From positions 1 through 64,000 of the IMG/VR virus record IMGVR_UViG_3300035034_001216: a DNA stretch of 64,000 bases; one strand, 5' to 3'. The position numbers and the translations under genes are program-made. Positions 51,229 to 61,924 of the stretch are shown here, piece by piece. The stretch is from a virus. The notes under the pieces were generated by a model. It ran no database searches. It worked only from the letters and a program-made list of their open reading frames with translations, and was not told the origin of the DNA. Each line of letters starts with the position of its first letter. Positions within the stretch are counted from its first letter, which is position 1.

Positions 51229-52002
51229 TTAGTCTATGTATATTTTGTCCCAATTATTAGTAATTAATTTTCTATCCATTCCTACACCGTCAAATTGTAG
51301 TAAAGGAAAGGATTGACCTGCTAAGTGAGGGCTTCTACTTCCACCTTCAATATTTTTACTATCAAAGTTAATCATCAAGTCACCAGTTTTTCTATCTGCA
51401 TAGAGAAACCCAATAGCTTGTGCTCCTGCCGCTGCAATATTAGCAGATTTACCTGTCAAATCAATTGAGTTGATAGGCATTTCTTTTCCTGTCTCATTAA
51501 TATATTTATCTTTGGTGTGACATACCATTATTAGATTTTTAGATATCTTACGAAATCTTTCAATCCAACTTTTGAGGGATTCTCTTGTGTACATATAACC
51601 ACCACCTTGAGGTAAAGAAAGAACAGATTCCCAGTCTCTACGGGCTAATATATTCCCAGCTGCGTCTCTGTTAAATTTCTTACCTATAGTGGTTTTCATA
51701 TAATTCTCAGTAGCTTCCCATTCACACCACTCTTCAAGTTTAGAAAGAGTATCCACAGCTATATAATCATATTTATGTTCTGATTTGTGTATGTCTATAA
51801 CTATTTGTTTCAATTCTTCTAAATTATTTGCATAGACTTTCATGGCTTCTATGCTTTGTGTGCCTCGTTCTAAATCAATAATTAAACAATTATCTAATGC
51901 TGAAAGAGCCGTTGTTTTACCAACTTTTGGTCTTCCAAATAGTATTAATTCAGTTGGACTTAGCTTTTCAGCTTTTGTTTTTGTTGTAGGTAATGTCATC
52001 AT
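51229..52002 (-). CDS. AAA_24/Sak4-like ATPase
   Basis: FGRPKVGKTT, IIDLERG, IAVDT, GGGY, VCH. Confidence 0.85.
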   Translation of the reverse strand: MMTLPTTKTKAEKLSPTELILFGRPKVGKTTALSALDNCLIIDLERGTQSIEAMKVYANNLEELKQIVIDIHKSEHKYDYIAVDTLSKLEEWCEWEATENYMKTTIGKKFNRDAAGNILARRDWESVLSLPQGGGYMYTRESLKSWIERFRKISKNLIMVCHTKDKYINETGKEMPINSIDLTGKSANIAAAGAQAIGFLYADRKTGDLMINFDSKNIEGGSRSPHLAGQSFPLLQFDGVGMDRKLITNNWDKIYID

Positions 52003-52994
52003 TTATATATCATTTCTTTTGGTAAAGGATATTCTTCAAAATATCCTGATTTTCCTATAAATTTTAACCCTACTGCTGCATTATCTTCTCCATCTCTATT
52101 CTTTAGCACATGTAATCCTCTGAATTCTCCTTTTAAATTGTTTATATCGTAATCTTTGTATTTATCTATTCCGTATCTGTATGGTGCAAATAGAGCTAAT
52201 ACAACATTAGCGTCTTCTTGCGTTGAAGAAGTATCCTTAAAATCTGACAGTTGAGGTTCTACCCTTTCTATCTTAAATCTATCAGATGAAGAAATACTTC
52301 TATTAAATTGTGATACCATTACTGGAATAATACCACATTTATTTCTATAATATATCAATCTTTTTGATACATCATCAATGGCTTTCTTTTTATCTCCTGA
52401 AGATATTAAGCCTACGTGATCCATGATAACTATAGTATACTTATTAGGATCATTAGCAACGTAATAACTTTCTCCTTTCTTGTTTTTATACCAAGAACCA
52501 TTATCCTTGACATATTTACTTAAAATTTGATTGATCTTTTCAGGAGTATAACTTTCATCATATATATCAACTACGTCTTCCATAGCTTCAAAATATGTCT
52601 TATATTCGTTTATAAGCTTTCTAACATAGGGAGGTATTTTAAAATTACCCCTTGATAGAATCTCATTTGCGGATATATCTATACCGTGATCAATGTATAA
52701 TCTTCTACATATACCTTTCACTAGTTTGAAATTATATTCAATCTCTAATGAGAAATATATTACTTTTAGACTGATTATATCTTTGTTTTTCATATAGTCA
52801 TAAGGACTATATAAGAATGCATGGTCTGTAAAAGCAGTTTTACCACTACCCGTTTCTCCACCAATTGTATAATAGGTTGATCGCTGTACGTTTGGTATTA
52901 TGCGTTTCAATCTATTAAACCCATGAGGAAGACCTTTATTTCTACCGGCCATCCCGTCATCCACCATTTTAATTATGTCTTCAAATCTACTCAT
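51999..52994 (-). CDS. dnaB: DnaB-like replicative helicase
   Basis: GGETGSGKT, FSLE, IMDHVGL, SQFNR, QEDANVV, LKNRDG. Confidence 0.9.
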   Translation of the reverse strand: MSRFEDIIKMVDDGMAGRNKGLPHGFNRLKRIIPNVQRSTYYTIGGETGSGKTAFTDHAFLYSPYDYMKNKDIISLKVIYFSLEIEYNFKLVKGICRRLYIDHGIDISANEILSRGNFKIPPYVRKLINEYKTYFEAMEDVVDIYDESYTPEKINQILSKYVKDNGSWYKNKKGESYYVANDPNKYTIVIMDHVGLISSGDKKKAIDDVSKRLIYYRNKCGIIPVMVSQFNRSISSSDRFKIERVEPQLSDFKDTSSTQEDANVVLALFAPYRYGIDKYKDYDINNLKGEFRGLHVLKNRDGEDNAAVGLKFIGKSGYFEEYPLPKEMIYK

Positions 52995-53515
52995 ATAAGA
53001 TCCCTCCCACTATTAGACGGATGTTCTTCTTCTACATCTAAATATCCTTCCCATGACTTATTGTTTATATAAGTGGACATTAATTTAGGTGCGGGGAAAA
53101 AATCATCACGTTTGGAAGCTATTGATCTTAGATCTATTTCGCTTTGAAGACCTTTGAGCACCTTCTCATGCACTTTCAAATCTTTCTTAAGTAACCTTAA
53201 ATATTTAGCCTTACAAGGGCTAGGAGAGTCATGTAAACGTCTTGGACCATCTTTCTTGGGATACATATCTTTAAATTGTTCCCAGTAGATGTCTAAGTCT
53301 TCTACTTTATTATCTCCAAATAGTTCGTCTGGTATTTTTATTGTTAAATTTCCATTGGAATCTATATATTGTTTTTCTTTCAGCTTTTCTAGAGCCTTAT
53401 CATAATTGAATTTTGTATCGTTTAGCTTGTTATTCTTTATCAGAAATAGAACTATATATTCATTGGCACTTAATCCGTATTCGTATAAGCTTTCAATGTT
53501 TATAGCTATATTCAT
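52991..53515 (-). CDS. Replisome organiser / replication initiator-like protein
   Basis: HTH-like N-terminus, WEQFKDMYPKK and STYINNKSWE; immediately upstream of dnaB. Confidence 0.65.
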   Translation of the reverse strand: MNIAINIESLYEYGLSANEYIVLFLIKNNKLNDTKFNYDKALEKLKEKQYIDSNGNLTIKIPDELFGDNKVEDLDIYWEQFKDMYPKKDGPRRLHDSPSPCKAKYLRLLKKDLKVHEKVLKGLQSEIDLRSIASKRDDFFPAPKLMSTYINNKSWEGYLDVEEEHPSNSGRDLI

Positions 53516-53516
53516 A

Positions 53517-53696
53517 TTATTTTCTCTTTTTCTTGTTAGGAACTCGTTTATAATTTAAATTACATTCCATGCAGTCTACTATAATTGGCGTATTTCCATA
53601 GCCTATATCAACTACTCCACCACCACCACAATTGCCGCATACAAAACCTTTTTTTATCTTTTTTTTACTATTTTCATCAGGCACATCTTGTATCAT
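53517..53696 (-). CDS. Small zinc-ribbon protein (59 aa, not in ORF track)
   Basis: Hand translation contains CGNCGGGG...CMEC; TAATG-coupled to the SF2 helicase. Confidence 0.55.
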   Translation of the reverse strand: MIQDVPDENSKKKIKKGFVCGNCGGGGVVDIGYGNTPIIVDCMECNLNYKRVPNKKKRK

Positions 53697-54784
53697 TATA
53701 AGTTTTTTTGATTTATATATTCTATGTTTTCAAATGTAGATAGAGCATTATCCACCCATACTTCATCTTGTGTATCTAATACAGATATAATCCATATCAT
53801 AGCTTTGTGATCATCTCTAAGTCTAACTATTCTACCTACTCTTTGTACAAGATCTTTTTCTTTAGAATTAGCTTGTACAATTAAAGCAGCATCTACATTT
53901 GGTATATTTAAACCTTCATTAAGTGCTTTAACACACGACAAACGATTAATTTTACCATCTATAAATGCTTGTAGATCTTTATCATCAGTTTTAGAATGAT
54001 ACCTGTGTTTACAAAGTTCATCTGCTTGTTTAATACTACCACAGAAGATGATTGTGCGTAAATCTTTATCAATATATTGATCTAATATTTTCTTGGCAAG
54101 TTCTGTTTTAGACTCCAAATCATATATAAATCTCATTCTACTCATAGTGGCCCATATAGGATCTTTTCCACCATAACGTAGTATATTAATAAGTCGACTT
54201 AAGTTTTCGTACTTCTTCCGTTCTGTAACATAATAATAATTTCCTTTTTTCCCAGCTTTTACTGATTTATTTTTATGGTCTAAACGAGTTTCTACAACTT
54301 TTATCTCATAAGGTGATACAACTCCGTCTTTTACACCTTCACTTAATGTGTATGTAAATTTTACAGGAGCTATCTTATTAATAATTTCATATTTAATATC
54401 ATCTTCTGGTACAGTTGCTGTTAAACCTATTACTCTTTTAACTTTGTTATTTTTAAAGAATACTACATTATTTTCTGTAATGTTATGTATTTCATCACAT
54501 ATAACTAAATCAAAATCTTCATCTATTACTTTTGCTATGGATGCATAGCAATACCTTTTAATTTTATCATAATATTTTATTGCGTCCCATTTCTCAAACT
54601 CTTCCTTCCAATTATTATCTCTTAATTTAACAGTAGGAACGATAAGAGCTATTGTTTTGGACTTTAATTCTTTTAAAGCCATAATACTGACTCGAGATTT
54701 TCCCGAGCCAGTACACATAGCCAACGTTAATTTATCATTCTCCAGACACTGCTGGAGAGCTTTCTCTTGTACTTCTCTCCTCAT
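53696..54784 (-). CDS. Superfamily 2 helicase (DExH, ResIII/UvsW-like)
   Basis: MCTGSGKS, DEIH, GLTAT, LNEGLNIP, QRVGRIVR. Confidence 0.92.
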   Translation of the reverse strand: MRREVQEKALQQCLENDKLTLAMCTGSGKSRVSIMALKELKSKTIALIVPTVKLRDNNWKEEFEKWDAIKYYDKIKRYCYASIAKVIDEDFDLVICDEIHNITENNVVFFKNNKVKRVIGLTATVPEDDIKYEIINKIAPVKFTYTLSEGVKDGVVSPYEIKVVETRLDHKNKSVKAGKKGNYYYVTERKKYENLSRLINILRYGGKDPIWATMSRMRFIYDLESKTELAKKILDQYIDKDLRTIIFCGSIKQADELCKHRYHSKTDDKDLQAFIDGKINRLSCVKALNEGLNIPNVDAALIVQANSKEKDLVQRVGRIVRLRDDHKAMIWIISVLDTQDEVWVDNALSTFENIEYINQKNL

Positions 54785-56252
54785 TTTCTTTCACTTCTTC
54801 AAGGAGTTTGTTTTTAATATAAGTAACTAACTTTTTAACAACTGTATTTACTTTTACTCTTTGTTCTTCAGCAGCGGGTATAATTTCATAGTCACGTTCT
54901 AGTAATATAGAATCTATAACCCTTCTCGAATCTTGAGACTTTTTATCGTCTATAAACATAAACAATCCTAGTTTTAATTTAGTTTCATGACACGAATTAC
55001 ACGGGATTTTGTTATTAAAACCAATAACTTGTTGTGAAACACAACTTTCACATTCAGTCCAATACCAATCAATCCTCTTTCTAGAATCATCTATTGCTGT
55101 TAGAGTATCGACTACAATTTTACCAAGCTTTGTTTCTTCAGCAAAATCTAAATCAAGATATTCTCTTTTAGAAACAAATTGATAAATTCTTTGTCGTATA
55201 GCCATTGTTGTAAAATCTTGTGCTTTTTCTATTTCTTTACAACAACCTTTACTAATACCACATTGATCTCCGTCAAAAGCACTATTACAATGACATGCAA
55301 ATGGATTAACACTTGTAATTATGTTCTTTTTGTAATAAGAATTTTGTAAAGAAGCAGTTCTATAGAAAAACGTAAAAGCTATACTTCTTATAACATCATT
55401 ATCAGGAAAAATATCAACTTGATGAGAATTTGCTTTTGATGCCCATAAATTGGACATATAAACATTCATATTCCTATGTGCTGAATCATTAATACCAGTA
55501 GTACTAGGAGTGCTACGAACATTAGGATGAGTACTTCCAAAATTAGATTGCCTGGGATTGTTGAATGACTGTTCTCTATGTCCCTGATTCCAATTAGTTG
55601 TAGACCTGTGTTTAGTTGGAAATTCATCTTTAAATGAATCATTTGAAAAGTAATAACCTTTATTTGAATCACTCTGTATAAAATTTCCATGCACAACAGC
55701 AGGTCTTCCCGCTTTTAAAACCACTATCTTATTACTCCACCCCATGTCGTAAAAGTCTCTGAATTCATCATCAAAGTGTTTCTTCATGTACTGCATAAAG
55801 GTAAAATCATTTTCTTTTGATAAAAAATGATCTGTAAATAACAAAGTATCAGAAGTATCTTCTTTAGAATTACTAACTTTCATTCTAAACTTACTTATGT
55901 ACCCATTGTGAAATACAACATTGTTCTTAGTTAATATACGTTTTTGTTTGTTTTCATCTTCATTTGATATTATAGGATGTGTTGTTTTTAAATTACTAGC
56001 AGTTCCGGGAGATGAATTTCTTAAGTGTACAACAATTAATTTATCCTTCAACAACCCTTTTCTGTCAAACCAATTTAATGATTTCAACATAGAAGCTGCT
56101 GTTTTAAATCCCTTCTTTACTAGTATATCTTCTTTGTTTTTTATAGCAAAACCAAACCCCGTATTATTTTTAACACTTGAGTTTTCAACACATTTTGTTA
56201 TAAATTCATGATCATATTCACTCGATTGCTTCTTGTATATTATTAGGCACAT
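54735..56252 (-). CDS. Class II (Ntn) glutamine amidotransferase-like protein with Cys-rich C-terminal extension
   Basis: MCLII N-terminal nucleophile, GFGFA, HLRNS, HP, FHNG, SDT, YFSN. Confidence 0.8.
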   Translation of the reverse strand: MCLIIYKKQSSEYDHEFITKCVENSSVKNNTGFGFAIKNKEDILVKKGFKTAASMLKSLNWFDRKGLLKDKLIVVHLRNSSPGTASNLKTTHPIISNEDENKQKRILTKNNVVFHNGYISKFRMKVSNSKEDTSDTLLFTDHFLSKENDFTFMQYMKKHFDDEFRDFYDMGWSNKIVVLKAGRPAVVHGNFIQSDSNKGYYFSNDSFKDEFPTKHRSTTNWNQGHREQSFNNPRQSNFGSTHPNVRSTPSTTGINDSAHRNMNVYMSNLWASKANSHQVDIFPDNDVIRSIAFTFFYRTASLQNSYYKKNIITSVNPFACHCNSAFDGDQCGISKGCCKEIEKAQDFTTMAIRQRIYQFVSKREYLDLDFAEETKLGKIVVDTLTAIDDSRKRIDWYWTECESCVSQQVIGFNNKIPCNSCHETKLKLGLFMFIDDKKSQDSRRVIDSILLERDYEIIPAAEEQRVKVNTVVKKLVTYIKNKLLEEVKENEERSTRESSPAVSGE

Positions 56253-57816
56253 GTATCTTATTGTTTATTTTGTTTCTATGATTTAAAAATTGAGTAAATG
56301 ATAAATTTTCAGGATAAGTATTTTTTCTACCTATCATTGAAATTCTATTATTCATACGATCGTATAACTCATTGTCATAACTTTCAAGTATTATGTCTTT
56401 AACAGTAATCTTATCGGTTGTTAATATTTTGTATGATTTGTTTACTATAAACTTAACAAATGCTTTACAAAATAAAATCCAATCTTCTATTTCTTGATAA
56501 TCAAGACTAGCTTGATATGGTCTAAATTCAAGAGTAAGATATTTATAAGGATATTCTCCTTTTTTATTACTTACACGACCATTTCTCTGATTGAACGTAC
56601 AACTAATTAAATTTAACCATTTATATCTAAATTGTTGTGGAGTAATTTCACCTCTAAAAGGATCTTGATACCTACCACAATAACGATTTCCGGGATGTGG
56701 ATTCTTTTTATTTTGCAAAGAACCTACAAAGTTTCTATCGTATAGCATTTTATCATATAAATAAGAGTAAAAGAAATTGTCTGACATCTTTTTGTTATTA
56801 AACATCTTGTAAGATTTAACTCCTACATTATAATGTTCTTCAAGTAACAAACCACACATGTTATTATTACTCCTTGACTTGTGTAGAAAACCAAACAATT
56901 CATCTTGAATTTTATATCCAAGTATATATGCTAAATTTGTAAACCTTTTACTAAAAACAGTATTACCTACATGAACATGAATTCCACATGTATCATTAGT
57001 AATACATCTTTGGTTTACAACATCTAGTATGTTGTACAAATCATAAAATCCAGAGTCCTTATTTAAAATGCCAGTAACATATTCTCCACCAGTTATAGAT
57101 CCATCTCTTGAACATTCAACATCTACATTTCTTAGTTTAAATAAGTTTGAACTTATAGATCCCGCAGATGTTTCTATTTCTACTCCAAAAGTTAAATCGT
57201 CTTTTGATATTGAATTAAGATTACTCTCTTTTCTATTAAACTTAGAAACATTACACCTTAGATAATTTCCTTGAAGTGCTTGATCACGTTTAGCCCATTC
57301 TGATTTATATTCAGACATACTGACAATTCTTCCCGGTTCAGATAAAAGCTCTTTAAAACCAAACTTTTCAATTTGATCATGTCTCATTACTATTAATGAA
57401 TTTTTATGAGAAACTTTTATTAAAATACCCATTAATTCAGAAATATAAAATCGATCTTTATTACTGAACTTTTCATTTGAGTAATCATTTTTAAAACTAG
57501 CTTTTATATCATGAAATACTTCATTAATCAACATTTTATCTACAAGAGATACCTTTAAATTACTGGTATGAATTAATTGTTTATTCCCATCTTTGTCTAT
57601 GAACTTTAACAAGCTTAGCCTTTTTGTTTCTTGTTCTTTATCTGTAGCATGATCCATTGTGAACATGCCTTTTTTGTATAATTTATAACCTTCTGATGTT
57701 TTGATTATTCTTTTGTCATCCTTTTTATAAAACGTGCCTTTTATTCTCACATAATCATTGGGATTTTTAAGAATATCATTATTAATATCTAGGTTCCCTA
57801 TGTTGGCAACTTTCAT
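56218..57816 (-). CDS. Putative amidoligase (Amidoligase_2, glutamine-synthetase fold)
   Basis: TFGVEIET, DGSI..GEYVT.IL, CGIHVHV, RY.WLN, LEFR. Confidence 0.85.
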   Translation of the reverse strand: MKVANIGNLDINNDILKNPNDYVRIKGTFYKKDDKRIIKTSEGYKLYKKGMFTMDHATDKEQETKRLSLLKFIDKDGNKQLIHTSNLKVSLVDKMLINEVFHDIKASFKNDYSNEKFSNKDRFYISELMGILIKVSHKNSLIVMRHDQIEKFGFKELLSEPGRIVSMSEYKSEWAKRDQALQGNYLRCNVSKFNRKESNLNSISKDDLTFGVEIETSAGSISSNLFKLRNVDVECSRDGSITGGEYVTGILNKDSGFYDLYNILDVVNQRCITNDTCGIHVHVGNTVFSKRFTNLAYILGYKIQDELFGFLHKSRSNNNMCGLLLEEHYNVGVKSYKMFNNKKMSDNFFYSYLYDKMLYDRNFVGSLQNKKNPHPGNRYCGRYQDPFRGEITPQQFRYKWLNLISCTFNQRNGRVSNKKGEYPYKYLTLEFRPYQASLDYQEIEDWILFCKAFVKFIVNKSYKILTTDKITVKDIILESYDNELYDRMNNRISMIGRKNTYPENLSFTQFLNHRNKINNKIHVPNNIQEAIE

Positions 57817-59720
57817 ACTATTTCTTTTTTCTCTTTTATAGCGAGTAAGGATCGTTCATAAATTGTATTATTCCTTAGTCGCTGGTTATTAATAAAGTTT
57901 AACATTCGATTTAACTTTTCTGATGAAACTGTAGATAAAGAATCTGAAGCAATGTCACTAAGACCGTTTTCTAATTCTTTAAAAAAGCTCTTAAAAGATA
58001 TTCCACCAAATATAGCATCAAGACGTAACTGATGTTCCCAGATAGCATTATCTCTAAAACTATCTAATTCAAACTCATTGTCTAGATTTTCAGCAAAGTT
58101 TTCGTATTCCTCTGTAAGCTTTCTGACATATGCAACGTTTGTAAGCAAATCTTTAGCTGATACATTCATTGTAATATGACGATAATCCAGATGATAAGGA
58201 GTTACAAGAACTTTTCCTGAAGTAAACCTTTTTCTTATTGAACATTTTATGAATTTATCATCAATTAACAAGATACCAGTAGAAAGCTTAGTGGGTTTTA
58301 TTTCCTCACCTTCTTCTTGAAATAATTTTTCAAGTTCTTTTTGTCTTTTCTCCTTTACAAACGGAGATAAGCTTTGTGTAGATTTAAAAGGAATTAAACT
58401 TGTTTGTTTTTTACTAGTCAAATTGTTTTCAATTTCTTTACTAGCTTTTTCATCTAAGAATTTAATAAAACTAGGTGCTATAAATTCTTCAATCTTCAAG
58501 TCTTTACCGCATACACTTTTTATTTCTAATTCAGAAGATGCTTCGGAGATAGTCATTTTATGTTTACGTTCGAAATTCTTAGCAAACGTTTCATCTATTT
58601 TAATAAATATATGTAAATGACTATCTTTTTCATCACCAGTATGAAAATTTAAATATCCTACTAGAACATCTAATTTCTTATCTTGAAATGCAAAGAAATT
58701 GGTAAAATTAAACCTTCTATAATCACTTGTTAAGAAACCTATATGGTCACCGCCTTTTGATTGAGAGAATATAAAACTAACATTGTCTTGATAATTTTTA
58801 ACAAGTCGTTTATGTTCTTCAATCAATTTAAAAGGAATAAATAATTTACTACCTTTAAATTCAGTTTCAATATATTTTTCCCTCGTATTTATTGTTTTTA
58901 CCTCCCCGATTTCTTTTAGTGTAACGGATATTTCTTCCTCCAAGATCAACGCGTCCTGTACCGTCGTATTGTACTGTTTGCTTGTTTCGCTGGACGCGGG
59001 TGACTTTTTTGCTGGTTCAGGCTTTTTCCAAGGACTTCTTGTAATCTTCTGAAAAGAAAGTAATTCTCCATCTTTATAAGTATAAAGCTGATATTTATCA
59101 AGTTCTTTGATATTTTTACAACCTATTGACTGTAACGGATGACCTTCTGAAGAGAAATATAAACCTTCTTCTCGTTCTCCAACATGAAGAGGTCTTCCAT
59201 CATCATGATATACATGAAGAGTTCCATCTTTCTTAATAGCCATCATAGCTATAGCACCTTCATACACTTCAAGAACTTCTTTGAAATCCTCATTATTAAA
59301 TAGTTTGTATAAAAGTCTTGAATCAGATATATCTTTTCCTAAACTATTACGTTTTGGAATGTCAGTATTCTTTTCTGCAAACTTATCATACATATATTCA
59401 TGATTCAACAAAGTACCATTATGTACACCTGATATGTGTTCACCAATAAAAGGATGAGCATTAGCTATTGTATTTTGACCTACTGTTTTGGCTCTTGTAT
59501 GACCTATGAATATATTTCTGTCATCATGTATCTCTGGGTTATTTACGTTATATTGAAAACCTGATATAATGTCTTTATGCATAAAGAAATCGTTATCTTT
59601 TAAAGTTAAGATTCCTGTTGAATCATAACCTCTAGATACATTATATAGGCAAAGTAATTTTAATGCATTACTATTTGCTTGTTTGTCTTTTTTTCCTATG
59701 AAACCATAGATACCACACAT
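57813..59720 (-). CDS. Class II glutamine amidotransferase with long C-terminal extension
   Basis: MCGIYG, RGYDSTG, GHTRAKT, NAHPF, VHNGT, DS, RPL, FSSE. Confidence 0.88.
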   Translation of the reverse strand: MCGIYGFIGKKDKQANSNALKLLCLYNVSRGYDSTGILTLKDNDFFMHKDIISGFQYNVNNPEIHDDRNIFIGHTRAKTVGQNTIANAHPFIGEHISGVHNGTLLNHEYMYDKFAEKNTDIPKRNSLGKDISDSRLLYKLFNNEDFKEVLEVYEGAIAMMAIKKDGTLHVYHDDGRPLHVGEREEGLYFSSEGHPLQSIGCKNIKELDKYQLYTYKDGELLSFQKITRSPWKKPEPAKKSPASSETSKQYNTTVQDALILEEEISVTLKEIGEVKTINTREKYIETEFKGSKLFIPFKLIEEHKRLVKNYQDNVSFIFSQSKGGDHIGFLTSDYRRFNFTNFFAFQDKKLDVLVGYLNFHTGDEKDSHLHIFIKIDETFAKNFERKHKMTISEASSELEIKSVCGKDLKIEEFIAPSFIKFLDEKASKEIENNLTSKKQTSLIPFKSTQSLSPFVKEKRQKELEKLFQEEGEEIKPTKLSTGILLIDDKFIKCSIRKRFTSGKVLVTPYHLDYRHITMNVSAKDLLTNVAYVRKLTEEYENFAENLDNEFELDSFRDNAIWEHQLRLDAIFGGISFKSFFKELENGLSDIASDSLSTVSSEKLNRMLNFINNQRLRNNTIYERSLLAIKEKKEIV

Positions 59721-59738
59721 ATTATGTTATTTTAATTA

Positions 59739-60152
59739 TTAATAATACTTATTTTTGTAATCTGAAAAATCTCCTGTAGGTACTGCATCTCCTTGTATTC
59801 CATTATGGTTTAAGAAATACATCCATGCCTCTTCAACGTCGCCATGTTCACTATCATCGAGGACGATCTGTGTCATCTTACGAGTGTAAAAGTCTGGATG
59901 ACCTTCAAGACCGTCTAAAGGACCTAATAATGTTGATTCTTCTACTTCATATAGTTCTCCAACTATAGTAGAGTCATTACCATCATTCAATTCTTGACTT
60001 ACAAATGGAAAACCACCACTTCTCATATTAAAAGTGCCTACTGTTTTTCCTTTCCCCATAAATTTCAGGTTGGGGGCACCTGCTAAGCAAGCGTTATGAT
60101 TTCCATAACCCTTGCGAAGCGTACCGTATACAAATACTTTTTGTCTACTCAT
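59739..60152 (-). CDS. Gamma-glutamylcyclotransferase (GGCT/AIG2-like)
   Basis: VFVYGTLRKG, GELYEV, LDGLEGHP.FY.R, AWMY. Confidence 0.92.
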   Translation of the reverse strand: MSRQKVFVYGTLRKGYGNHNACLAGAPNLKFMGKGKTVGTFNMRSGGFPFVSQELNDGNDSTIVGELYEVEESTLLGPLDGLEGHPDFYTRKMTQIVLDDSEHGDVEEAWMYFLNHNGIQGDAVPTGDFSDYKNKYY

Positions 60153-60153
60153 A

Positions 60154-61116
60154 TTAAAGTTTACTGTTAATAATTTCTGGCATAGCTTCTACGTATGCCT
60201 TTAGTGTTCCATCACCAAATGAAGGTGATGAGTTAATTTCAACGATAAAGAATTTAGGATCTTTACGTTTGTTTCCTTTGTACATGCTACCTTGAACACG
60301 TACATCTACCGCACCAATATCAAGTCCTACCGCTTTAAGACTTTTCTTAGACTCGTTTACAATCTTATCCCAGTTTACAGGACGATCGAACGCAGGGTTA
60401 TCTTCTGTATACCATACACTATTACTATCATTACGATAGAAACGTTCATCTTCATGTGTATCAGATTTCAACATTTTTCTGTTGGTGTAAATTACACCAT
60501 TTTCAGAAACGTGAATTCTATACTCACGTAAATAGTTATGATACTTTTCAAACAAGTAACCACCAATCCCAATATTAGTATCTTTGATACCCATATCTTC
60601 ATGATCTTTGAATTGTTGGAAGTTGGTACAGAAAGTCTCAAGCTCATCTACTGTTTCAAATAAAACAATACCAAGACCTTTAGAACCTTTACGTACTTTA
60701 CCAATAAATGGTGCTCCAATCTCTTCTAGTTGTTTTTTGGAAAGAAGAGTATCTTTACCTCTAAGATCTGTACTAAGATTGTTAGGATTTGAAGCATTTA
60801 ACTTATGAAAAGTTCCATTTGTAATGTTAAATGTAAATGCTTCCGCAGTAATAACTTTATCTCTGTTGAAACAAGCTTTCATTCTAAACTTATCAGAAGC
60901 ATTATCTGTAGCCTGAACACTGTTAAGAATTAAACGTTTGTGACCATCAGTATATTGATATCTTGATCCAAACATTATGCTTACTCTTTGAGGAAAAGTA
61001 ATACCACTTTTCTTCATTGCATCTTGCAATTGTTTGTTTGAGTTTTTAGATCTTACAACTGGTGCAAATTCTCTATTTTTTCTTACTTTATTATGAATAC
61101 TTTTAAATCTAGTCAT
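60154..61116 (-). CDS. ATP-grasp ligase (phiEco32/RimK-like)
   Basis: NASDK, GSKGLGI, EYRIHV, RN, GLDIGAVDV, EINSSPS. Confidence 0.88.
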   Translation of the reverse strand: MTRFKSIHNKVRKNREFAPVVRSKNSNKQLQDAMKKSGITFPQRVSIMFGSRYQYTDGHKRLILNSVQATDNASDKFRMKACFNRDKVITAEAFTFNITNGTFHKLNASNPNNLSTDLRGKDTLLSKKQLEEIGAPFIGKVRKGSKGLGIVLFETVDELETFCTNFQQFKDHEDMGIKDTNIGIGGYLFEKYHNYLREYRIHVSENGVIYTNRKMLKSDTHEDERFYRNDSNSVWYTEDNPAFDRPVNWDKIVNESKKSLKAVGLDIGAVDVRVQGSMYKGNKRKDPKFFIVEINSSPSFGDGTLKAYVEAMPEIINSKL

Positions 61117-61128
61117 TTTGTTTATTTT

Positions 61129-61905
61129 TTAAGCGTTAATTTCTTGAACTTCTTGGATTGTTGTTTCTTCTTTAACTTGAGTTGTTTGAAAACTATCAAA
61201 TACGATCTTTTCGTATTTTTCTCCCAAGTATTTTTTATAATTGTTTACTACTTCTTGAACAATATCATATACTCTACCCATTTTTACAATATCTTTTAAC
61301 CAAAAGTTAGATAGAGATCTGTATTCAAATCCGTAGTCTTTAAATCTGAATCTTCCGGGTGTACCATAGATATCTTTTCTTGATTGGTTGTTATCTTCTC
61401 TAACTACCATATCTAAAAATAGATAATCCATTGCTTTAACCATATCTACCACCACATCCATATCTTCTGATAATTCGGGTGGTAGCCCTACATGGACATG
61501 CCCACCTGCGTATCTTACACCATCTTTGAATTCAATCTTAGGATTTTCATTCTTAGTGTAAGCTGATAAATCAGGATCACATCCTATTTCCCAGTCATGA
61601 TCTTCTTTTAAGTCTTCTTTCTCAAAAGTCATAGAAGGTACAACTGATAGAAAATCATCTCCAATAATATCTTGCAGCTTTGATTTTCCTACAAGAATAT
61701 TATTTATGAATCCTTTTTTACTAGTAGCAGGTGGTATATTCAATTCTAACATTACATTGTCAGCATGAACAGCATATCCATTTTTTAAATCTTCAACATC
61801 GTCTTTTGTTCCCGGTGTAAAATCTGCTGCTTTTTTTCCTTTCTGTGTATCTCTTCCTAAAATAAAAAATTCAGGATCAGTTCCTATTGTAAAGGATCTA
61901 TTCAT
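61129..61905 (-). CDS. phiEco32-like COOH-NH2 ligase type 2
   Basis: TIGTDPEFF, DNVMLELNIPP, IGCDPD, GGHVHVG, YGTPGRFRFKDYGFEYRSLSNFW. Confidence 0.9.
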   Translation of the reverse strand: MNRSFTIGTDPEFFILGRDTQKGKKAADFTPGTKDDVEDLKNGYAVHADNVMLELNIPPATSKKGFINNILVGKSKLQDIIGDDFLSVVPSMTFEKEDLKEDHDWEIGCDPDLSAYTKNENPKIEFKDGVRYAGGHVHVGLPPELSEDMDVVVDMVKAMDYLFLDMVVREDNNQSRKDIYGTPGRFRFKDYGFEYRSLSNFWLKDIVKMGRVYDIVQEVVNNYKKYLGEKYEKIVFDSFQTTQVKEETTIQEVQEINA

Positions 61906-61924
61906 TATAAATTAAAAATTTAAA

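Noticed and set aside
41027-52994. Inteins or introns in nrdJ, primase, thyA or dnaB
   Set aside because: Motif spacing and lengths are normal and the frames are continuous; ThyA has only short insertions.
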